From: a virus | Taxonomy: Duplodnaviria; Caudoviricetes | Strand: one strand, 5' to 3' | DNA: 31,397 nucleotides | Virus record (IMG/VR): IMGVR_UViG_3300020398_000011 | Span: 1-31,397 of that record | Shown here: positions 20,107-27,872 of the stretch, in pieces | Layout: the number at the start of each line of letters is the position of its first letter | Numbering within the stretch: position 1 is the first letter of the stretch | Translations under genes and position numbers: made by a program | Notes under the pieces: generated by a model | Seen by the model: the letters and a program-made list of their open reading frames with translations, nothing else | What the model was told of the DNA's origin: nothing | The model's database searches: none

Positions 20107-20114
20107 TATTTACT

Positions 20115-21059
20115 ATGCTAGGACAAACTTTTTATCATCAGACAATTCGTAAATATGTAGTATTATTTGGAACGTTATTTAATGACTTAAATATTGAGAA
20201 AAGAAATTCTTCCGGAAATGTCATCTCAAGACAAAAAGTACCTATTGCATATGGTCCAAAACAGAAATTTCTTCAGAGAATTAGACAAGACCCTAATCTT
20301 ACAAAACAAGTAGCTATACAATTACCACGTATGGGATTTGAAATGACTTCGATTACATATGACCCTATACGTAAATTGAATTCTGTGGGAAAAATTTTGA
20401 ATAGGGCAACCACTACACAAGGTGTAGATACACTGCAAAAAATGTTTAATCCTGTTCCTTATAATATGGATTTTCAATTATTTGTTTTAGTGGATAATGC
20501 TGAAGATGGTACTCAAATATTAGAACAAATTCTTCCTTTTTTTACTCCGGAATTTAATGTGACAATTAATGTAATTCCATCAATGGGTGTGACATTAGAT
20601 GTTCCTATTTCTTTTAGTTCTACTAGTTTAGAAGATTCATATGATGGTGATTTAACTACACGCAGAACCATGATTTGGACACTTGATTTTTTTGTGAAAG
20701 GATTTTTATATCCAGACATTAAAACAGGTGGGAAAATTATTAAAAGGGTGGTTGTTGATTTTCATGAAGAAGATGATGATATTTCAGAACTTGATAGAAT
20801 GAGATTAGAATCTAGTACAATTTGGACATCTGATTATATTAAATTAGAAGATGGAACAACGGATACTACTACAAATGGAGGTGATTTTATACTTGAAACT
20901 GGTAATGCACAAGGAGATACAATTAGCAGAGTTACTGTTACTCCTGTAGGTGGAATAGGCGCAACAGTTGATGCTTCAGGTAATTTTGATGCTAATACTA
21001 TAATTACAATTTTTAATCCTGCAATTAATTATGACCCTGAAACCGGAATTGATTCATGA
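20115..21059 (+). CDS. gp15: Tail terminator / sheath stabiliser gp15
   Basis: Motifs FYHQTIRKYVVLFGTLFN, KVPIAYGPKQKFL, LPRMGFE, PVPYN and QILEQILPFFTP. Confidence 0.95.
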   Translation: MLGQTFYHQTIRKYVVLFGTLFNDLNIEKRNSSGNVISRQKVPIAYGPKQKFLQRIRQDPNLTKQVAIQLPRMGFEMTSITYDPIRKLNSVGKILNRATTTQGVDTLQKMFNPVPYNMDFQLFVLVDNAEDGTQILEQILPFFTPEFNVTINVIPSMGVTLDVPISFSSTSLEDSYDGDLTTRRTMIWTLDFFVKGFLYPDIKTGGKIIKRVVVDFHEEDDDISELDRMRLESSTIWTSDYIKLEDGTTDTTTNGGDFILETGNAQGDTISRVTVTPVGGIGATVDASGNFDANTIITIFNPAINYDPETGIDS

Positions 21060-21496
21060 AAATTATAGATGATGCACAAGATTATAATCATTCGTCTTTT
21101 GATAAATTAAATGAAATTTTAAATGTAGCAGAAACCGCAGTAATAGAACGAGAACGGCCTGAAAAAGTTAAACCTCCTGTAGTTGATAATGAACTTGATA
21201 CAGATTATCAATATGCAAGGGAAAATTATTATAATGTGATTGAACGTGGGCATGATGCACTTGATGAATTATTGATGGAAGCAAAAGAGAATGGTAATGC
21301 AAGAATGTATGAGGTTGTAGGACAACTTATTAAGGTTATTGGAGAACAAAATAATAATCTTTTGAACCTTCATCAACAAGTCAAAGATATTACGAAAGAA
21401 GTTAAAAATGTTCCTGAAAAAGTTACAAATGCTTTGTTTGTTGGAAGCACATCCGATTTGCAAAAACTTTTAAAGGGGAAGAAAAATGGCGACTAG
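21056..21496 (+). CDS. gp16: Terminase small subunit gp16
   Basis: Motifs DYQYARENYYNVIERG..AL, RMYEVVGQLIK and VTNALFVGSTSDLQKLLK; ATGA overlap with gp15. Confidence 0.92.
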   Translation: MKIIDDAQDYNHSSFDKLNEILNVAETAVIERERPEKVKPPVVDNELDTDYQYARENYYNVIERGHDALDELLMEAKENGNARMYEVVGQLIKVIGEQNNNLLNLHQQVKDITKEVKNVPEKVTNALFVGSTSDLQKLLKGKKNGD

Positions 21497-22694
21497 TGGA
21501 ATAGAATCATGGAGCAAGCATTTTAGAGGACTAGGTGATATAGAAACTGTCATTAAAAAAGATGCTAACACCTATGATGCAGAAACAGGCCGGTCAAGAC
21601 TCTCATCTAAATTATTAAAAGGTACAAAAATTCTTTATAAGAATCCAGGGACATTCGAATCTCCTGCTTTGGTTCAGGAGTTATCTACAAAAAATTTATA
21701 TCGAATTAATTTTGATTTTATCACAAAACCTGGAAGTATAGGGAAAATTGACCTCAAACCCCAAGCATTTGGTGTTAAAGAACTAGATTATAAATTATCT
21801 GATTATATTAAAGTTGTTAAAGATAATATAGAAGACCGTAAAGATTTACAACCAAATTTAAAATTGTATTTAACAGGACTTGTTGATTATTTGTCAGGAA
21901 AAAATAAATCCGTTCCTGAATTGAAAAAATCATTTGAACGTGGTGCTTTGCCTATGGCAGAAATTAATAAAGATTTTGGAGAAGTCATTGGTCCTATTGC
22001 AATAATTACAAGTAATTTGCTCAAATCAAAAGGTATATCTCTTAGTAAACAAAAATGTAAAATATTTGTACCGGCTCGGCCTAATGAACCTTTAATGGAC
22101 TATGGACTCAAACAAGACGGGAAAATTTATACTATATCTGCAAAATCAGGAACAACAACAAATACGGTAAAGGCATCTGATATTTTAATGTTGCTCAAAA
22201 AAGATATTAAAATATTAAACAAATATAAAAAAACAAAACAATATAAAATTTTAGAACATATTGCAGAAGGTACAACTGTTTCAGGTCCAGCAAGTGCAGG
22301 AGCATATTTAAATATACAAAAATATGAAGAATTTGAAGGATTAAGTTTTGATGGAGCAAAGACTCTTACTAAAAGAGATTTTGATTATGGACTATTTGCA
22401 GGGTATATAAACCTACATGCAGGATTAAAGTCAGAACGAGACCTATCACCTTTAAAATTATCATATCAAATAGAAAAAGATATAGTTGAAGTATCTAGAG
22501 TTAAATTAGATTTTACAAATATTTTTAAAGATGCAATTCTCGGACAAGTAATATATGTGAGATATGATACAAATACTCTTGGAGTTCCAGAGTTTAAAGT
22601 TTTAGTAAGTTCGGATTTTGCATTGAAGAAAGTTAAATTGAGAACAAAAAATGGTTTCACAAGAAGCGCAGACAAATTAGGAGTGCAACCATAA
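21486..22694 (+). CDS. Putative PD-(D/E)XK-fold endonuclease inserted between gp16 and gp17
   Basis: Lys-rich 402-aa protein with KDFGE166...NEPLMD205Y...IS218AK220SG; overlaps both neighbours. The CDS is clear, the function is inferred. Confidence 0.55.
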   Translation: MATSGIESWSKHFRGLGDIETVIKKDANTYDAETGRSRLSSKLLKGTKILYKNPGTFESPALVQELSTKNLYRINFDFITKPGSIGKIDLKPQAFGVKELDYKLSDYIKVVKDNIEDRKDLQPNLKLYLTGLVDYLSGKNKSVPELKKSFERGALPMAEINKDFGEVIGPIAIITSNLLKSKGISLSKQKCKIFVPARPNEPLMDYGLKQDGKIYTISAKSGTTTNTVKASDILMLLKKDIKILNKYKKTKQYKILEHIAEGTTVSGPASAGAYLNIQKYEEFEGLSFDGAKTLTKRDFDYGLFAGYINLHAGLKSERDLSPLKLSYQIEKDIVEVSRVKLDFTNIFKDAILGQVIYVRYDTNTLGVPEFKVLVSSDFALKKVKLRTKNGFTRSADKLGVQP

Positions 22695-24346
22695 TGGCAG
22701 GAGAAACATATTTAGGTAATCCTTTATTAAAGGCTGCAAATGTTCAGGTGGAATATGATGAACATTCTATATCAGAATATTTAAAATGTAAAGACGATCC
22801 AATACATTTTTGTAATAATTATGTAAAAATTGTTCATGTTGACCACGGTCTAGTTAATTTTGATATGTATGATTATCAAATGGATATGATTGATAAATTT
22901 CATAATAATCGTTTTGTCATTTGTAAAATGCCTAGACAGACAGGCAAGACAACTACGATTATTAGTTATCTTCTTCATTATGCAATTTTTAATGAAACTA
23001 TCAATATTGCAATTCTTGCAAATAAAGGGTCTACTGCCAGAGATATTCTTCAAAGACTTCAAACTGCATATGAACATCTTCCTAAATGGTTGCAACAAGG
23101 TGTGCTTGTATGGAATAAAGGAAGTATTCAACTTGAAAATGGTAGTAAAATTATAGCATCTTCTACATCATCTTCTGCGGTTCGTGGTAGTTCTTTTAAT
23201 ATTATTTTTCTTGATGAATTTGCACATATTGACCCTCCATCTCTTGCAGACCAGTTTTTTACTTCTGTATATCCTACAATTTCCTCTGGTAAGACTACTA
23301 AAGTATTCATAGTATCAACTCCAAAGGGGTTGAATATGTTTTATAAGATGTGGAATGATGCAGAAGAAGGAAGAAATAATTATATTCCTATAGAAACTCA
23401 TTGGTCACAGGTTCCAGGGAGGGACCAAAAATGGAAAGATGAAACTGTAAGAAATACAAGTGATGTTCAATTTGCTCAAGAATATGAATGTGAATTTATT
23501 GGTTCACAACATACTTTAATCTCCGCAGTAAAACTTAGACAACTTAGTTATAAACCGCCTTTTATTAAAAAAGATACTCTTGAAATATATGAAGATGTTC
23601 AACCAACTCATTCCTATGTTAGTATAGTTGATGTTGCAAGAGGTCGAGGATTAGATTATTCTGCGATATCTGTTATAGATGTTACGACATATCCTCATAT
23701 ACAAGTCGCCAAATATCGAGACCCCAATATATCTCCTATGGTGCTTCCAGGTGTTGTAGAGAATATATCAAAACATTTTAATACCGCATATGTTCTTGTG
23801 GAAACTAATGATATTGGTGGGCAAGTTGCAGATATCCTCCATTATGATTTAGAATATGAAAATATATTTCATGCAACTATTAATGGACGAGCAGGACAAC
23901 AACTAGGAGGAGGGTTTGGAGGAGGAACTCAAATTGGTGTTAGGACGACAAAAGAAGTAAAAAGAAAAGGGTGTTCAAATCTTAAAGATTTGATAGAAAG
24001 TGATAAACTTATTATATATGATTTAGACACTATTAGTGAACTTACTACTTTTGTCGCACACGGGCAAACGTATCAAGCAGAAGAGGGGTGTCACGATGAC
24101 CTTGTAATGACTTTAGTATTATTTGGCTGGATGATAGAGCAGAGATATTATAAAGAAATTACTGATATGGATTTGCGAGAAAAATTACATGCTGAACAAC
24201 TTGCAGAGATGGAAGAAAGTGTTATTCCTTTTGGATTTATACAGGATGGCTTTAATGATGAAGATGAATATATGAAAATGGGAAATGAGCAATGGATAAT
24301 TAATAAAGATTTTGTTGTTCATAATTTACCATATTTTGACCATTAA
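22694..24346 (+). CDS. gp17: Terminase large subunit gp17
   Basis: YLGNPLLK, Walker A PRQTGKTT, Walker B IIFLDEFA, VSTPKG, nuclease-domain DVARG...DYS and HDDLVM. Confidence 0.97.
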   Translation: MAGETYLGNPLLKAANVQVEYDEHSISEYLKCKDDPIHFCNNYVKIVHVDHGLVNFDMYDYQMDMIDKFHNNRFVICKMPRQTGKTTTIISYLLHYAIFNETINIAILANKGSTARDILQRLQTAYEHLPKWLQQGVLVWNKGSIQLENGSKIIASSTSSSAVRGSSFNIIFLDEFAHIDPPSLADQFFTSVYPTISSGKTTKVFIVSTPKGLNMFYKMWNDAEEGRNNYIPIETHWSQVPGRDQKWKDETVRNTSDVQFAQEYECEFIGSQHTLISAVKLRQLSYKPPFIKKDTLEIYEDVQPTHSYVSIVDVARGRGLDYSAISVIDVTTYPHIQVAKYRDPNISPMVLPGVVENISKHFNTAYVLVETNDIGGQVADILHYDLEYENIFHATINGRAGQQLGGGFGGGTQIGVRTTKEVKRKGCSNLKDLIESDKLIIYDLDTISELTTFVAHGQTYQAEEGCHDDLVMTLVLFGWMIEQRYYKEITDMDLREKLHAEQLAEMEESVIPFGFIQDGFNDEDEYMKMGNEQWIINKDFVVHNLPYFDH

Positions 24347-24765
24347 TTTAAAATATCTTTATTTATTCTATGAATTTTTTTAGGCATTTTAATTTCATCA
24401 ATTAGATTGGTGATATCTGTTACAAGGTCTGGTCTTAATTTTGATAATTTTTCAAGATACCTTATTGATTCCTTAAAAACCATTTCTTCATTAATTCTAA
24501 GTATATAAAATTTACCTCTGGTTTCGCTTTTTGTAGTGAGATATAGATGTTCAGGATTTACGCAATAAGTATTATTGCATTGTTGATGAACTATTTTATC
24601 ACCTATATGTCCTTTATATGCTTGGTATGCAAATCTGTGAGCAGGAATAGATTTTCCACTATAAGAAAACATACCATACCCCTGTTTTGTTTTACTTGCA
24701 ATCCAAAACCAACAATAATCTGTTTTTAAGATTTTTTTTTCGAACCTTTCAACTGCTTTATTCAT
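24343..24765 (-). CDS. HNH_3 / His-Cys-box nuclease-like protein with a degenerate active site
   Basis: CWFW...GYG...AHRFAY...G...C-NN-xx-CVNPEHL pattern; perfect late promoter box upstream. Confidence 0.8.
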   Translation of the reverse strand: MNKAVERFEKKILKTDYCWFWIASKTKQGYGMFSYSGKSIPAHRFAYQAYKGHIGDKIVHQQCNNTYCVNPEHLYLTTKSETRGKFYILRINEEMVFKESIRYLEKLSKLRPDLVTDITNLIDEIKMPKKIHRINKDILN

Positions 24766-24770
24766 GATTA

Positions 24771-24778
24771 TATTTATA
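24771..24778 (-). promoter_or_regulatory. T4-type late promoter (TATAAATA) for the HNH-like gene
   Basis: Perfect consensus on the minus strand, 5 nt before ATG 24765. Confidence 0.75.
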
Positions 24779-24782
24779 TTAG

Positions 24783-24860
24783 ACTAAATAAAATTATTTT
24801 GTAAATACCCGAAAAAATAAATAAAAGAGCAAGAGTATTATACTTTTAATTTATTAGGAG
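24783..24860 (+). promoter_or_regulatory. Late promoter candidates (three TAAATA cores) and SD for gp18
   Basis: ACTAAATA 24783-24790, TGTAAATA 24800-24807, AATAAATA 24816-24823; AGGAG at 24856-24860. Confidence 0.55.
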
Positions 24861-24866
24861 AAAAAC

Positions 24867-27197
24867 ATGGCATTTCAAGTAAGCCCAGGCGTATCAACAG
24901 CAGAAGTAGATTTGACTACTAGGGTACCTATTCCTTCACTTTCTCAAGGTGCATTGTGTTCAATTTTCAAATGGGGTCCATTACACGAAGTGGTTACTGT
25001 TTCTTCTGAAGATGACATGGTAGAACGATTTGGTAAACCAACTGGAGATAATTTTCAAGATTGGTTTACAGGAGCAAATTTTTTAATGTATGCGAATACA
25101 TTAAGAATTGTACGAACTGCAAATACATCTAGTGCAAAAAATGCAGTATCGAATGGGGCTGTAGTATTGGTTCAAAATGAACAAGAATATCAAAATACTG
25201 CCGCATTGTCTGGTGAGGGTACTGCAGGTAGGACTTGGATTGCAAAACATGCTGGTGATTTAGGAAATACATTTAAAACATCTATTTGTTTGCCTACTAG
25301 AGCAAATACGCAAGTTGACGATGGTGTTGTTTCCTTGGCAGCAAATACAGATGTTGAGTTGACTGGACTATTTGTTACTGCGGCCTCTGGTGTTTGTAAT
25401 TCCAAGGTGTTAGATGATGGTAATGCAGAACAAGAATTAGAAATAGGTGATATTGTAGTAAATCCAGCTGGTGATGGTTCTAATGTGGCTATTGTTACTG
25501 CGGTAGCAAATAGTTCACAATTTACTGCAACTCTTGAAGATGGTACTAGCTTACTTGCCGAGGCGGCCACCGACATCACGGTAGTACGTAAAAAAAGGTC
25601 GGCATTTGCAGAGCCATACGAGAATATGATGGGTACAGTGGCATATTTGGAGGCTTCTCCAACAACACTTACAGGAACGAATACTCATTTTACAAAACAA
25701 ATTTATGTTGGTGATATTATAACTGTAGATGATGAAACAGGTGACCAGAGAAGAAGAGTCACTGCTATATCGAGTGATATCTCTCTTACAGTTGACCAAC
25801 CATATACTTTGGACTTCACTGCAAAACCATATACAAGAGAATGGGAATTTAATTCTGATTTTTCAAAGGAACCTTTAACCAGCGATTTTGCATATAAAAC
25901 TACTGGAAATAAAGATGTAAATGACGAAATTCATATTGTGCTTGTTGATGAAAATGGGGATTGGACAGGAACTAAAGATGTTAGAGGAGCGACTAGAGTT
26001 GTCTCACCATCTGTATTGGAAATCTATCCTGCAGTATCAGTTGCTAATGGGGCAACTTCTTCTATTGGTGAAAGTAATTATTATAAAGATTATATCAATA
26101 ACCATTCTGAATATATTAGATGGGGAGACCATACTGGTGTAGGAGATGTAGAGACTAGAACTGGAACTGGCGGAGCCGTCAACACCATTAATCATGAATG
26201 GGGAGGAACACTGACTACTGGTGATAGTGCTTCTAATAATTCTTTTAGAGGTTCTTTTTCGGATACTGGTTATGCAAATGGCATTGTTACTGAAAGTTTT
26301 TCTGGAGGTAATGATGGTTCCGCTATATCTGATGCTGATAGAATCAATGGTTGGAAAAAATTTACTGACCCAAATACTACAGATATTTCGTTTATTCTTT
26401 CTGGCGAGGCTTCTGATACACTCTCAAAGTATCTTATTCAAGAAGTTGCGGAAAATAGAAAAGACTGTGTAGCATTTATTTCACCTCTTACTTCAGATGT
26501 AGTTAATAACGATGGAAATGAAGTAACTGCAATAGTTGATAGAAGAAATCAACTCCCAAGTTCAAGTTATGCAGTTATGGATGGTAACTATAAATATATG
26601 TTAGACAGATTTAATGGTATATTTAGATATGTGCCATTAAATGGAGATATTGCAGGTGTATGTGCCCAAGCTGATACAGGAAATCCTTATATTTCTCCTG
26701 CGGGATTTAGTAGAGGTAATGTTAAAGGTGTTACAAAACTTGCGTTCAACCCTACACGCAGCAATAGGGATGACCTTTATGTAAAAGGTATTAATAATGT
26801 AGTATCGTTTCCTGGTCAAGGAACAATTTTGTTTGGAGATAAAACACTTTTGGCAAAACCGTCTGCATTTGATAGAATTAATGTAAGACGATTGTTTATT
26901 ATACTTGAAAAGGCGATTGCAAATGCCGCTCAATTTTCATTGTTTGAATTTAATGATGAATTTACTAGAGCCCAATTTATTGCAATAATAGACCCATTTT
27001 TAAGAGATGTACAGGCTCAACGAGGTATTGTGGATTATTCAATAATATGTGATGGTACTAACAATCCTCCAGTAGTTGTTGATAGGAATGAATTTAGAGG
27101 TGACATATATGTGAAACCTAATAGGGCAATCAATTTCATCAGTCTCAATTTTGTTGCAGTTGCATCTGGTGTACAATTTTCTGAAGTAGTACAATAA
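24867..27197 (+). CDS. gp18: Tail sheath protein gp18
   Basis: Motifs MAFQVSPGV...EVDLT, FKWGP, RKDCVAFISP, SPAGFSRG, GDKTLL..PSAFDRINVRRLF and LFEFNDEFTR. Confidence 0.97.
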   Translation: MAFQVSPGVSTAEVDLTTRVPIPSLSQGALCSIFKWGPLHEVVTVSSEDDMVERFGKPTGDNFQDWFTGANFLMYANTLRIVRTANTSSAKNAVSNGAVVLVQNEQEYQNTAALSGEGTAGRTWIAKHAGDLGNTFKTSICLPTRANTQVDDGVVSLAANTDVELTGLFVTAASGVCNSKVLDDGNAEQELEIGDIVVNPAGDGSNVAIVTAVANSSQFTATLEDGTSLLAEAATDITVVRKKRSAFAEPYENMMGTVAYLEASPTTLTGTNTHFTKQIYVGDIITVDDETGDQRRRVTAISSDISLTVDQPYTLDFTAKPYTREWEFNSDFSKEPLTSDFAYKTTGNKDVNDEIHIVLVDENGDWTGTKDVRGATRVVSPSVLEIYPAVSVANGATSSIGESNYYKDYINNHSEYIRWGDHTGVGDVETRTGTGGAVNTINHEWGGTLTTGDSASNNSFRGSFSDTGYANGIVTESFSGGNDGSAISDADRINGWKKFTDPNTTDISFILSGEASDTLSKYLIQEVAENRKDCVAFISPLTSDVVNNDGNEVTAIVDRRNQLPSSSYAVMDGNYKYMLDRFNGIFRYVPLNGDIAGVCAQADTGNPYISPAGFSRGNVKGVTKLAFNPTRSNRDDLYVKGINNVVSFPGQGTILFGDKTLLAKPSAFDRINVRRLFIILEKAIANAAQFSLFEFNDEFTRAQFIAIIDPFLRDVQAQRGIVDYSIICDGTNNPPVVVDRNEFRGDIYVKPNRAINFISLNFVAVASGVQFSEVVQ

Positions 27198-27206
27198 GGG
27201 GATTTA

Positions 27207-27788
27207 ATGGCATTTAATATAACCGATTTTAAAACGCACATGCATCACGATGGAGCAAGACCCAATTTATTTAAAGTATCGTTAACGGGAGGAGGAAGCG
27301 GTTCCGCCTTCACACAAAGTGATGTCGCAGATAGTTTTGTGATTAGAACTTCCTCACTTCCTGGGTCAACATTAGGAACTGTTGTAGTTCCTTACTTCGG
27401 ACGAGAAGTTAAATTTGCAGGCAATCGTACATTTGCTGATTGGACAGTAACTGTTATAAATGATGAACATTTTTCGTTGAGAGGAAGACTTGAAGCATGG
27501 ATGAGTAATATAAATGCACATGAGACAAATAAGAGAATAAAGTCTTCGTATGCGGTTACAGCATCTGTAGCACAATTGTCAAAAACAGGGGCTGATGCTG
27601 CTTTGAGAACATATACATTTAAGAATTTATTTCCAATAGACCTAAGTGAAATTACTCTTGATTGGGGTGATAATGATTCAATAGAAGAATTTACATGTAC
27701 ATTTGCTTATGATTATTGGACTGCTGATTCTACTGGGTCTGGGGTGGCAGCAACTGCACCACCTGGCGTTGCCTTGACTGTCAATTAA
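27207..27788 (+). CDS. gp19: Tail tube protein gp19
   Basis: Motifs GARPNLFKV, LPGSTLG...VPYFGREVKFAGNRTFADWTVTVINDE and IEEFTCTFAYDYW. Confidence 0.96.
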   Translation: MAFNITDFKTHMHHDGARPNLFKVSLTGGGSGSAFTQSDVADSFVIRTSSLPGSTLGTVVVPYFGREVKFAGNRTFADWTVTVINDEHFSLRGRLEAWMSNINAHETNKRIKSSYAVTASVAQLSKTGADAALRTYTFKNLFPIDLSEITLDWGDNDSIEEFTCTFAYDYWTADSTGSGVAATAPPGVALTVN

Positions 27789-27799
27789 TTGTATTATTT

Positions 27800-27865
27800 T
27801 TCTGATTCTGTGGGTGAATAAATATAACGAACTATAATTGTTTTTTATTACACCCACATTCAGGA
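27800..27865 (+). promoter_or_regulatory. Inverted repeat covering the gp20 RBS, with an embedded late promoter box (AATAAATA 27817-27824)
   Basis: TGTGGGTG (27809-27816) pairs with CACCCACA (27851-27858); AATAAA pairs with TTTATT; CTGA (27802-27805) pairs with TCAG (27860-27863). Confidence 0.7.
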
Positions 27866-27872
27866 CCTTATT

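Noticed and set aside
22694-24346. Possible intein or intron in the terminase (also considered for the portal)
   Set aside because: Normal length, collinear motifs, and no splice-junction or LAGLIDADG signatures.
27809-27858. Hairpin as a simple intrinsic terminator after gp19
   Set aside because: No U-tract follows the stem on the + strand and the loop region is long. RBS masking fits better, although termination is not excluded.
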